This document shows, in pieces, positions 26,996 to 36,011 of a stretch of DNA of 64,000 bases (its first letter is position 1; the number at the start of each line of letters is the position of its first letter). The translations under genes and the position numbers were made by a program. The notes under the pieces are model-generated. The model saw nothing but the letters and a program-made list of their open reading frames with translations, ran no database searches and was not told the origin of the DNA. Source of the stretch: an uncultured delta proteobacterium (lineage in GTDB: Bacteria; Myxococcota_A; Polyangia; Polyangiales; Houyiibacteriaceae); contig CAWBXS010000005.1 in the NCBI GenBank assembly GCA_963792825.1, forward strand, positions 559,056 through 623,055, written 5' to 3'.

Positions 26996-29900
26996 GGCTG
27001 CACTCGAGACTGCGAACGCATCAATTCGCGATCTCGTGCGATCGCTCGGAAGCGATGACCGTGTCGACGTCGCATCGATTCCGATGGGTGCGCTCAGCTG
27101 GACGATTGCCGAAGCCGCTTCGGATCATTCCGAACGCCGATTCGTCGTGGTGACTGCAGACCTGGAGGACGCATATCGCCATGAGGCGAACCTTCGGTTT
27201 CTGCTCCCGGACGACGATGGAGATGTCCTCCTGTTCGCGGCCTCCGACACCAGCCCGCTGGTCGACGTGGTCCCGGATCGGCGGGCAGAGATGCTGCGAA
27301 TGGGAGTGCTGGCACGGCTCGCCGAGCAAAAGCCGTGGCGTGTTCTCATCGTACCGGCCTCTGCGCTACTTCGCCGTGTTCCTCCGTTGGGTCACGTGCG
27401 GTCCGGCCTGTTGTCGCTGGCGGTTGGCGAACGGATTGAGCGTGACGAGCTGGTGCAGCATCTATCGGAGCTCGGCTATCTCCGAGTCCCGTTGGTCGAG
27501 GATCGGGGAACCTTCTCCGCACGCGGTGCACTCGTCGACGTGTTCGGTGGGGACGCGGAGCTACCGTGCAGGATTGAGCTCGAAGACGACCTCATTGGGA
27601 GAATCCGCCGCTTCAATCCAGACGATCAGAAGACCGTCGATGAAATCGATGCGGTCCAGCTCGCGGCGACGCGTGAAGTTCCGGACGTGCCCGCCGCAAC
27701 TGCGGGAGCGAAGAGGGTCGTCCGCGAGCTCTGCGACGACATCAACATGCCGACTTCCAGAGCCCGCGAGCTCATCGATGAGCTCGACCGTGGTTCGGGA
27801 GCATTGATTTCTACCGCGCTTCTGCCTGCGTACTTCGAAAGTCTCGACACACTCTTCGACTACATCGACGAGGACGCGCGCATGGTCTTGGTGGATCCCG
27901 TAGCCATCGCTGAATCGATTCGCTCCGAGCAACGCCAAGCGAGCGAGGAGCACGCCGCACGCCGAGACCGCCCGACATTCGACCTCGCGGCATATTACAT
28001 GACCGAGAACGAGCTCGCTGAGCGCCTCTTGGCGCACACGCTGCTGGTGGCGCACCGATTGGCCGTTCATGGACCCGCGGGCGAGGACGAAGGGCCGATC
28101 ACGGCCGCGCTCGCGCCGCCCGGGGACAGGCTGCTCCGTGTCGACGCCTCCGACCAGCAGGCGCTCATCTCGGAGCTCCGCGCGCAAAAGGGTCACGGCG
28201 ACCGAAGTCTGCGTCCGCTGGCCGAGCGAATCCAGGAGTGGACCGAGCAGGGACTGCGAGTTTCGTTGGTCAGCAGGACTCGGCATCAGGCCGACCGGTT
28301 GGTCGACCTCCTCCATGGCCATGGCTTGGGCCCGAGCGCCCTCGACGACGTGAGGTTGGGCGAGCTGAGGGACGGCTTCGTGGCTTGGAGCGAGGGCATC
28401 GCCTACGTCACCGAGGAAGAAATCTTCGGACCTCGAGTCCGTCAGCGTCGAAGTAAGCGGCAAACTCGTAGGCAACAGCAGCGCTTTCTCGAAGACCTGA
28501 GAGAGCTCAGCCCCGGCGACTTCGTAGTTCACGTCGATCACGGCATTGGAAAGTATCTCGGCCTAAAGCATAAAGCGCTCAGCCTCACGGCGATGGACCG
28601 GCTCCACGGCCGCGCGGCGCAAACGGTCGAGGTCATGGTCGTCGAGTACTCGGGTGGGGACAAGCTCTTCGTCCCGGTCACGCGCCTTGGCGTCATCCAG
28701 AAGTTCAAGAGCGGAGAGGGCCACCAACCCAAGCTCGATCGGCTCGGTGGAACCACGTTTGCAACCAAAAAAGGGCGCGTTCGGAAAGCCGTTCAGCAGA
28801 TGGCCGAGGAGCTGCTCAAGCTATACGCGGAGCGGAGCGCAGCCCACCGCGAGCCGATCGCAGCAGCAGGAGCCGAGTACGCAGAGTTCGAGGCTACCTT
28901 TCCGTTCGAAGAGACGCGCGACCAGGAAAAGGCGATCGAGGACGTGATGTCGGATCTCGATGAACCACAGCCGACCGACCGTCTGGTCTGTGGAGACGTA
29001 GGCTTTGGCAAGACCGAAGTCGCACTCCGCGCTGCGTTTCGAGTCGCGATGAGCGGCAGGCAGGTTGCGATGCTTTGTCCAACTACGGTGTTGGCGCAAC
29101 AACACTACCGGACCTTCTCCTCACGCCTGGACGGCTACCCTCTCCGCGTCGAGGTGCTGTCGCGGTTCGTCCCGCGGCTGAAGCAGACCGAGATTCTAAG
29201 TGCACTGAAAGACGGCCGGGTAGACGTCGTCATCGGCACTCACCGTCTTCTCTCGAAAGACGTGCATTTTGCGAACCTCGGCCTACTGGTCGTCGATGAG
29301 GAGCAGCGGTTCGGTGTCACCCACAAGGAACGCATCAAGAAGCTCAGGACCAAGGTCGATGTGGTCACGCTGAGCGCGACACCGATCCCGCGGACACTCC
29401 AGCTCGCGGTGGGAGGCTTGAGAAACCTTTCGCTGATCACGACGGCGCCCCAGGACAGGCGCGCGGTGCGTACTTTCGTGTGCCGCTGGGACAACCATTT
29501 GATCAAGGAGGCGATCGAACGAGAGCTTAGCCGTGGCGGACAGGTCTTCTTCGTCTACAACCGCATCGAAGGGCTTCACGAGCGGGCACAGCGTCTTCAA
29601 GACCTCGTGCCGCGCGCTCGAATCGCGGTGGCTCATGGCCAGATGAAGCCCGAGCGGCTCGATCGGACGATGACCGATTTCGTCGAAGGCGGCTACGACG
29701 TCTTGTGCTCGACCGCAATCGTGGAAAGCGGCCTCGACATCCCCCGCGCCAATACGATTTTCGTCGACCGCGCGGATACCCTGGGGCTCGCACAGCTCTA
29801 TCAACTTCGGGGGCGCGTCGGCCGCTCCGACCAACGAGCCTATTGTTACTTGATCACACCGCCTCCGCATCAAATGTCCGAAGAGTCGCGCATTCGGATG

Positions 29901-30587
29901 GAGGCGCTCGAGCGGTTTTCAGGCCTCGGAGCCGGTTTCCGCGTAGCTACCCTCGACATGGAGCTTCGGGGAGCGGGAAATCTTCTCGGCTCCGAGCAAA
30001 GCGGCAACGCGTCACTCGTGGGCTTCGACATGTTCGTTCAGATGCTCGACGAGGCCGTGTCGGAGCTGAGAGGTGAGCCCCTCCAGCAGGAAATCGACCC
30101 TGAGCTTTCGATTGAAATCGAGCACTACCTACCCGAGGAGTACATCGACGACATCGGACTGCGGCTGTCGTTTTACCGTCGCTTGGCCACGGCCGCCGAC
30201 GAGCAGGCTGTGCAAGAGCTCGCGGCCGAGATGGAGGAACGATTCGGGGCACCTCCCCAACCGGCGCGCCAGCTCTTGCGCGTCATGTCCCTCAAACCCC
30301 CGCTCAGGGAGCTTCGTGCCTTCGGATGCGAGGCAGAGCTCAAACGGGTGACTCTGCACCTCCGGGAGGACACCCCGCTCGACCCGGCAATGCTGATGCC
30401 ACTCGTTGCCACCCCGGATGCTGGGTGGAGCCTTTCCCCCGACATGAAGCTGACTCGGCGGTATCGAGACGAGGAATCCGGCGATGCGGTGGATCGTGTA
30501 CGATCCCTGCTCCGAGAGCTCGAGCCGCTCCGCTCGAGCGGGAAAAGGCCCCCAATGGAAGGTTCGAACGATGTCACTTTCAGATGA
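26985..30587 (+). CDS. mfd: Transcription-repair coupling factor
   Basis: 1200 aa with a UvrB-homology N-terminus, RNAP-interaction domain, SF2 translocase motifs (GDVGFGKTEVA, VVDEEQRFG) and a TRG motif region. Confidence 0.95.
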   Translation: MSLEAALETANASIRDLVRSLGSDDRVDVASIPMGALSWTIAEAASDHSERRFVVVTADLEDAYRHEANLRFLLPDDDGDVLLFAASDTSPLVDVVPDRRAEMLRMGVLARLAEQKPWRVLIVPASALLRRVPPLGHVRSGLLSLAVGERIERDELVQHLSELGYLRVPLVEDRGTFSARGALVDVFGGDAELPCRIELEDDLIGRIRRFNPDDQKTVDEIDAVQLAATREVPDVPAATAGAKRVVRELCDDINMPTSRARELIDELDRGSGALISTALLPAYFESLDTLFDYIDEDARMVLVDPVAIAESIRSEQRQASEEHAARRDRPTFDLAAYYMTENELAERLLAHTLLVAHRLAVHGPAGEDEGPITAALAPPGDRLLRVDASDQQALISELRAQKGHGDRSLRPLAERIQEWTEQGLRVSLVSRTRHQADRLVDLLHGHGLGPSALDDVRLGELRDGFVAWSEGIAYVTEEEIFGPRVRQRRSKRQTRRQQQRFLEDLRELSPGDFVVHVDHGIGKYLGLKHKALSLTAMDRLHGRAAQTVEVMVVEYSGGDKLFVPVTRLGVIQKFKSGEGHQPKLDRLGGTTFATKKGRVRKAVQQMAEELLKLYAERSAAHREPIAAAGAEYAEFEATFPFEETRDQEKAIEDVMSDLDEPQPTDRLVCGDVGFGKTEVALRAAFRVAMSGRQVAMLCPTTVLAQQHYRTFSSRLDGYPLRVEVLSRFVPRLKQTEILSALKDGRVDVVIGTHRLLSKDVHFANLGLLVVDEEQRFGVTHKERIKKLRTKVDVVTLSATPIPRTLQLAVGGLRNLSLITTAPQDRRAVRTFVCRWDNHLIKEAIERELSRGGQVFFVYNRIEGLHERAQRLQDLVPRARIAVAHGQMKPERLDRTMTDFVEGGYDVLCSTAIVESGLDIPRANTIFVDRADTLGLAQLYQLRGRVGRSDQRAYCYLITPPPHQMSEESRIRMEALERFSGLGAGFRVATLDMELRGAGNLLGSEQSGNASLVGFDMFVQMLDEAVSELRGEPLQQEIDPELSIEIEHYLPEEYIDDIGLRLSFYRRLATAADEQAVQELAAEMEERFGAPPQPARQLLRVMSLKPPLRELRAFGCEAELKRVTLHLREDTPLDPAMLMPLVATPDAGWSLSPDMKLTRRYRDEESGDAVDRVRSLLRELEPLRSSGKRPPMEGSNDVTFR

Positions 30588-31218
30588 GCTAGCGCGCATA
30601 TTCGACGCAGACCGAACGATGCGAGAGGCGGAGTCCATCTTGCTTCGCCGGGCCGACCACGAGGAGCTCATCGCGCTGCTCGAACGCGAAACCGCGCAGG
30701 CCCTGAAGATGGAAGATCGCAAAGAGGGCACCATGCGCCTCGAGCGCCTAGCGGACCTCTGCGCGCAGGTTCCGGGTCCACGAATGACCGATGCGTTGAT
30801 CGCCATCTTGAGTGACGAAGAGCCCCGCGTGCGCGTGGCCGCCGGAGAGGCTCTTCGAGACTTGGGCTACGAGCGCTACGCCGAGGTCGCGCGTGGCATC
30901 GAGCGGGCTCTCGACGGTCACGCCAGTGGGCTCGCGATGTCCGAGCTGCCATGGGTGCTCGCCGAAATCGGTGAGCCGAGCGCACTTCCGTTGATTCGTC
31001 GATTTCTCGACCATCAAAGCCCGGACGTCGTGGCCGCAGCGATAGAGGCTCTTGCGCAGCTTCAAGACCTCGATGCGGTTCGCGATCTCAAACGATTCGT
31101 CGGAGACCCACGGGTCGTGACCATCGACGACTTCGAACACGAAACCAAGACCACCCTCGGCGAGCTCGCGGAGGATGCTTTGGAGATGCTGGGAGAGGCC
31201 TCCGGCGACGGATACTAG
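30571..31218 (+). CDS. HEAT-repeat protein
   Basis: Repeated EEPRVRVAAGEALRDLG / QSPDVVAAAIEALAQL units. The ATG at 30571 overlaps the mfd 3' end by 17 nt. Confidence 0.65.
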   Translation: MSLSDELARIFDADRTMREAESILLRRADHEELIALLERETAQALKMEDRKEGTMRLERLADLCAQVPGPRMTDALIAILSDEEPRVRVAAGEALRDLGYERYAEVARGIERALDGHASGLAMSELPWVLAEIGEPSALPLIRRFLDHQSPDVVAAAIEALAQLQDLDAVRDLKRFVGDPRVVTIDDFEHETKTTLGELAEDALEMLGEASGDGY

Positions 31219-32270
31219 GGGCTCTCCCGGATCCAGAGCGCACGCCGTTTCGCGGCCTTGGCTCGCGCACGATCTTTGGCGAAGAGTGTCAGATAGTCGT
31301 CTTTCACGGCGTCGACCTCGACCTCGTCGGGAAGCTCGGCGCGCGCCGCGACCATCGCGCGCACCAGAGACAGAAGAGGCCCCGACGCCTGTCCGAACGT
31401 GGCCTGCTCTATCGTGTCGGAGATCTCGTCAATCCGGTCGACGACCGCTTTGCTCAAGTAGCCTCTCCTTCGCAGGTCATCGAAGCTCGCCACCAATACC
31501 TCCGGGTTGAACGTGTGAGCGACGACCAGGTCGGCTCCGACACGAAGGACCGCCTGCGCATCGAGCGCGCCATCCTCGAGCAGGATCAATGCCGGCTGGA
31601 AGTAGTTGTAGAAGGCACACACACGCCGCCCGAAGTCGCGGAACTTTGCCGTCGAGGAGACGCGCTCGAGATGGATGAAAATCCGGCGGACCGCATCGGA
31701 CCGAGGAACTCGCGCCGCAATGCGGACGAGCTGGGGAATGTCTTCCGGATAAACCTCGGCCGCTTCCGCCACTTTCATGAGAAGCTCTTGGCTGACGCGC
31801 CCTGCCGCGATGTCAGCGTACAAAGAATAGATGAAGGCATCCCCCTCGGCGTCATCACCAAAGAGAATCTCGTCCGTGTCCGGAGGAACGTTGGTGCGCG
31901 ACCTCAGCAATGCGGTGAGCTTGTAGCTGAGCTGATCTCGGAGGAAGCGGAACTTGCCACGAAACAGGTTCCGCAGACTGGGCTTGAGTGTGAAACCATC
32001 CCAACGAATCCCGTCGAGCCTGAGCTTCGCCTCCAGTACGCTACGCATCTGCTCGGGACTGCCCGACAGAATGAAGATCGCGACAGGGTCGGTGGCGCGT
32101 ATCTCGCGCAGCAGGGTGCTCGCGCCTGGATACGCGCGCTTTCGCGAAGCCGGCTCGAATGCCGTGCGGACCAGATCGCGCAGGGTATCGAACTCCGTCC
32201 GGAGGTAGGTCTTGTCGAGATCCCATCGATAGACGATCTGGTCCCTGCGCTCGCTCAGATCCGCTGCCAC
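31215..32270 (-). CDS. HAD-superfamily phosphatase-like protein (App1/DUF2183-like) with C-terminal extension
   Basis: DxDxT motif (WDLDKTY), SGSPEQM and GDDAEGD motifs. No ATG is available. The GTG at 32270 places motif I about 14 aa from the N-terminus. The listed ORF start 32624 would overlap the divergent UPF0262 gene. Confidence 0.6.
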   Translation of the reverse strand: MAADLSERRDQIVYRWDLDKTYLRTEFDTLRDLVRTAFEPASRKRAYPGASTLLREIRATDPVAIFILSGSPEQMRSVLEAKLRLDGIRWDGFTLKPSLRNLFRGKFRFLRDQLSYKLTALLRSRTNVPPDTDEILFGDDAEGDAFIYSLYADIAAGRVSQELLMKVAEAAEVYPEDIPQLVRIAARVPRSDAVRRIFIHLERVSSTAKFRDFGRRVCAFYNYFQPALILLEDGALDAQAVLRVGADLVVAHTFNPEVLVASFDDLRRRGYLSKAVVDRIDEISDTIEQATFGQASGPLLSLVRAMVAARAELPDEVEVDAVKDDYLTLFAKDRARAKAAKRRALWIRESP

Positions 32271-32334
32271 CGAGCGACCATAGCAGCCAAAGGACCGAAG
32301 ATGCAGACCCCCTCGAAGCTGATATGTTCGGCTG

Positions 32335-32811
32335 ATGCCACTCAGCTCGGTGTCGATCGACGAGCGTACCTCGCAGCGGGGCTCCGCGGCCCAGCACACC
32401 GAGTGGGAAGCGAACATCCGGGAGCTCTTGTCCGACGCCCAGAGCGGCCCGGAGGAGCTCACGGCACTGCACGTCACGGTCACCGAGCAGCAATTCGAGC
32501 TTGATTTTCGGACTGCGGACGGGCGTGAGCTCGGCACGGTCGACATCCCCCATGAGCTCTTGTCCGCACATATCACGGAGTACGTCGACATCGTTCGCCA
32601 AATTGCCAACGCAGACGGCGTCAATCAGATGGAGGCACTCGACATGGCGAAGAAGGTGACCCACGACCGCGCTGGCCGCGTGCTGAAGCGAGAGCTCCGC
32701 CAACTAGGGTACGATTTGCAGGCGTGCCGGCGCCTGTTCACGCTGCTGCTGTCGTTGCGAGTAGACACCACCAGGCTCGTCGGCATCCATGGGCATCGCC
32801 CGATACGATAG
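32335..32811 (+). CDS. UPF0262-like protein
   Basis: The pattern EWEANIRELL...LHVTV.EQQFELDFR...ITEYVDIVRQI...EALDMAKKVTHDRAGRVLKRELR...CRRLFTLL resembles the UPF0262 family layout. Confidence 0.55.
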   Translation: MPLSSVSIDERTSQRGSAAQHTEWEANIRELLSDAQSGPEELTALHVTVTEQQFELDFRTADGRELGTVDIPHELLSAHITEYVDIVRQIANADGVNQMEALDMAKKVTHDRAGRVLKRELRQLGYDLQACRRLFTLLLSLRVDTTRLVGIHGHRPIR

Positions 32812-32890
32812 GTGCGAGACCGACGGCGGGAACGCATTGGGAACGAGCCGTCGGGCCCCCCGAGGCCGACTCCGCCGAGTGAACAACTGT

Positions 32891-32941
32891 TCGGCCCGGC
32901 TCGGTGAAAGCTAGGGAAAACGGACCCTTCAGCCGGGCCGA
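32891..32941. other. 11-bp GC-rich stem with 29-nt loop in an intergenic region
   Basis: tcggcccggct (32891-32901) pairs with agccgggccga (32931-32941). A T6 run follows at 32967-32974. Confidence 0.4.
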
Positions 32942-33007
32942 GGTCCGATTTGTGTCGGAGGGTCGACCTTTTTTGTCATTTGTTGAACACTGAATTGCTG
33001 AGGGGGC

Positions 33008-33673
33008 ATGACAGCATCGCTGAAAGAGTCGGTCGAATCGCCGGCCGGGGATGTTCATCCTCAGGACCAGGGGGCAGCCTACTCGAAGCGCGATGAGGAC
33101 TTCCTTCGACTTCTGCACGCTGCAGGTCTGGCGTGCGAGCTCGATACGCGACAGCTCGCCGCGATCACGTCGTCGCTCGAAGAGTCGCGCGTCGACTCGC
33201 GCCGAATGGACATCCTCGAGGCGTACTATCGCGGCAACGACGACGCCTCGGTTGCTTTGCGACGTCGCAAGAGTGACCGGTTTTTTCTTCACAACGACTA
33301 CTTCTCCGTGACGGCCCATCAGTTGGTTTCCTCTCTGACGAACCTGAATCCCGAGATCGGGTTCGTGCAGCTTCAGCGCATCGGTACCGATGACGGTCCT
33401 CTGGTGCTCAGAATGGGAGAGCACTTCAGCGCGGTCATCGATGAAGACGACGAGGGGGCAGAAAAGGAAACCGTGGCGGTACGGGCCCTGGTGCGGGCTC
33501 TCAACGCTCTGATGGCGAAGGCGGGCGTGGAGCAGAGGCTCATATCCCTCGTGCCCGACCAATCGCGCGAGCTTTACTTGGGTGTGACCGAGGAAGGCGC
33601 GATGACTCTGTTACAGGGTGGATGCACCGAAATTTCTGGGGTGGCGATGCTTCGCGAATTTGCGAGCTGGTAA
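33008..33673 (+). CDS. Hypothetical protein (no recognisable family)
   Basis: The 221-aa ORF has balanced composition and a GAGGGGG SD 5 nt upstream of the ATG. I prefer it over the overlapping antisense ORF 32738..33562. Confidence 0.55.
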   Translation: MTASLKESVESPAGDVHPQDQGAAYSKRDEDFLRLLHAAGLACELDTRQLAAITSSLEESRVDSRRMDILEAYYRGNDDASVALRRRKSDRFFLHNDYFSVTAHQLVSSLTNLNPEIGFVQLQRIGTDDGPLVLRMGEHFSAVIDEDDEGAEKETVAVRALVRALNALMAKAGVEQRLISLVPDQSRELYLGVTEEGAMTLLQGGCTEISGVAMLREFASW

Positions 33674-33724
33674 CCGTATCGACCCTCAGCCATAGGTGAG
33701 GCCGAAAGCTCGAGGGTAGCGAGG

Positions 33725-35062
33725 ATGGCTGAACACGAATACGACCTTCTGGTCGTCGGCGCTGGATCAGGTGGTGTACGGGCAGCACGGGTCGCGGCTG
33801 AGCTCGGTGCGCGCGTTGCGATTGCGGAAAGCGATCGGGCCGGAGGTACCTGCGTCAATGTCGGGTGCATCCCGAAGAAGCTTTTCGTTTACGGCTCGCA
33901 CTTCGCGTACGACCTCTCGGACGCGAGAGGGTACGGATGGGCAACCGAGTCGACGTTTGATTGGACGACACTTCGGGAAAACAAAGACCGAGAAATCGAA
34001 CGGCTGAACTTCGTCTATGAAGGGCTGCTCGCCCGTGCGGGAGCAGAGCTCTTGAGAGGTCGAGCTCGGCTGCTCGGTCCGCATACGGTCGACATCGGCG
34101 GAACGCAGCACTCGGCCGGTCGGATTCTGATCGCGACTGGTGCGAGACCCGTCCTGCCCGACATTCCAGGTCGCGAGCATGCGCTGACCTCGAACGCCGT
34201 CTTTTCGCTGAAAGAGTTGCCCGCTCGCATGATGGTCGTGGGAGCTGGTTACGTTGCGCTCGAGCTAGGATCGATACTCCGTGCTCTTGGAGTGGATGTC
34301 GTTCTGGTTCACCGAGGCGAAGAGATCTTGCGTGGCTTCGACCGCGACCTCCGATGTCACCTTCACCAGGAGCTCGAAGCCAAAGGCATGCGGATCATCC
34401 TCAATACTCGGGTCGAGAATCTCCGACGTCTTGGCTCCCACTTCGAAGCCCAGCTTGATGACGGCGAAGTCCTCGAAACCGACTTTCCCGTGTTCGCGAT
34501 CGGGCGTGAGCCCAACATCGAAGGGTTGGGCCTCGAAGAAGTCGGGATCGCGCTCGGCCCGCGCGGGGGTGTCGTCGTCGACGACGATTTCACGAGCTCA
34601 GTGTCATCCGTTCATGCCGTCGGCGATGTCACTGATCGCGTTCAGCTCACTCCTGTGGCCGTAGCCGAGGGCATGCACTTCGCGCATCACTTCTTCGGCG
34701 AAGGCGGGCATCGGATCGACTACATGAGCATCCCGACTGCCGTTTTCTGCCAGCCGGAGCTCGCTACGGTGGGTCTGACCGAGGCCGAGGCGTGGCATCG
34801 TTGCCAGGACGTTCGAGTCTACAAATCGGTCTTCACTCCGCTCAAGCTCGCGTTGAGCGGCCGAAAGGAACACACGATCGTGAAGTTGGTGGTCGACGCT
34901 TCGAACGACCGGGTCCTCGGCTGCCACATGGCCGGTCACGGAGCCGCGGAGATCATCCAAGGGCTCGCGGTCGCCATGAAAGCCGGAGCCACCAAGGCCC
35001 AGTTCGATGCGACCATCGGAATCCATCCGACCTCTGCGGAGGAATTCGTGACCCTCCGTTAA
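33725..35062 (+). CDS. gor: Glutathione-disulfide reductase
   Basis: GGTCVNVGCIPKK redox-active disulfide motif, FAD/NAD Rossmann motifs and a C-terminal HPTSAEEFVTLR. Confidence 0.88.
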   Translation: MAEHEYDLLVVGAGSGGVRAARVAAELGARVAIAESDRAGGTCVNVGCIPKKLFVYGSHFAYDLSDARGYGWATESTFDWTTLRENKDREIERLNFVYEGLLARAGAELLRGRARLLGPHTVDIGGTQHSAGRILIATGARPVLPDIPGREHALTSNAVFSLKELPARMMVVGAGYVALELGSILRALGVDVVLVHRGEEILRGFDRDLRCHLHQELEAKGMRIILNTRVENLRRLGSHFEAQLDDGEVLETDFPVFAIGREPNIEGLGLEEVGIALGPRGGVVVDDDFTSSVSSVHAVGDVTDRVQLTPVAVAEGMHFAHHFFGEGGHRIDYMSIPTAVFCQPELATVGLTEAEAWHRCQDVRVYKSVFTPLKLALSGRKEHTIVKLVVDASNDRVLGCHMAGHGAAEIIQGLAVAMKAGATKAQFDATIGIHPTSAEEFVTLR

Positions 35063-35065
35063 TTG

Positions 35066-35082
35066 TTGATTATTTCAATCAA
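35066..35082. promoter_or_regulatory. AT-rich palindrome TTGAT-N7-ATCAA upstream of cysH
   Basis: ttgattatttcaatcaa lies inside a ~140-nt AT-rich island in an otherwise GC-rich sequence. Confidence 0.35.
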
Positions 35083-35203
35083 GAATTAGCCGTCTTGCGG
35101 ACTCGGGAAATGCTTTATTTTTTGCGATCTTCCATCTAAAGTCATGGCTCGAGGCTGGACGCGTTGCAAATCCGCACCAGACTTGTCAAGTTAGTCCAGA
35201 CCC

Positions 35204-35959
35204 ATGGAAGCCGTCCGCGTCGCCGCCTCAGTCGATTTCGATCTCGAGCCCGAGAATCGAGCTCTCGGCGCATCGACGCCCGAGGAGCTCATCGAATGGG
35301 CCGCGGATCGTTTCGGGGAGAAGTTGATCGCGTCGACGAGCTTTGGCGCGACTTCCGCCGTGATGTTGCACCTGGTGCACGAGGTTGCTCCGCGAACGCC
35401 GATCATCTGCGTCGACACGGGCTATCTCTTTCCGGAGACCTATCAGTTCGCCGAAGAGCTGATCAAGCGCCTCGGGCTCGATGTTCGATTCTACTCGGCG
35501 CAGATGTCTCCAGCGCGTCAAGAGGCACTGTACGGCAAGCTGTGGGAGCAAGGAGATGAAGGGGTCAAACGCTACCTTCAAATCAACAAGGTCGAACCGA
35601 TGCAACGGGCGATGCGCGAGCTCGGCGCAGAGGCTTGGATCGCCGGCGTGCGCGCCGAGCAGACCGAGCACCGTTCGGGGCTCCGGCGGATCGATCGGCA
35701 AGATGGCCGCGTGAAAATCCACCCCATCCTGCAATGGACCGAGAAACAGATGAACGCCTACATGGAGCGTCACGACCTTCCGTATCATCCCATGGTCGAC
35801 CAGGGTTACCGTTCGATTGGTGACCACCATTCGACCATCCCCACGACCGCGGACATGGATCCTCGAGACGGTCGAATACTCGGCAAGACACGGGAGTGTG
35901 GGCTGCATCTTCCCCTGACCGAAGAGCAAAACCAGAGCTTCAAGTCGAGCGGCTTGTAA
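35204..35959 (+). CDS. cysH: Phosphoadenosine phosphosulfate (PAPS/APS) reductase
   Basis: PP-loop-like SFGATSAVMLHL and the C-terminal catalytic ECGLH motif. No CC...CxxC iron-sulfur cluster motif is seen. Confidence 0.88.
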   Translation: MEAVRVAASVDFDLEPENRALGASTPEELIEWAADRFGEKLIASTSFGATSAVMLHLVHEVAPRTPIICVDTGYLFPETYQFAEELIKRLGLDVRFYSAQMSPARQEALYGKLWEQGDEGVKRYLQINKVEPMQRAMRELGAEAWIAGVRAEQTEHRSGLRRIDRQDGRVKIHPILQWTEKQMNAYMERHDLPYHPMVDQGYRSIGDHHSTIPTTADMDPRDGRILGKTRECGLHLPLTEEQNQSFKSSGL

Positions 35960-36011
35960 TAAGCTGGCGCATCCCCCCGCTTTGCGTAACCTGAATTGGA
36001 GGTAACGAAAG

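Noticed and set aside
30571-30587. 17-nt overlap between the mfd 3' end and the HEAT-repeat gene as a possible regulatory overlap
   Set aside because: Short overlaps are common throughout this window. The alternative of a slightly later start for the HEAT gene cannot be excluded, and nothing marks the overlap as unusual.
32738-33562. 274-aa minus-strand ORF overlapping the 33008..33673 ORF
   Set aside because: Its composition is Arg/His-rich and unbalanced, it has no SD, and it would run into the UPF0262 gene. The plus-strand ORF has an SD and protein-like composition. I call only the plus-strand one, at moderate confidence.
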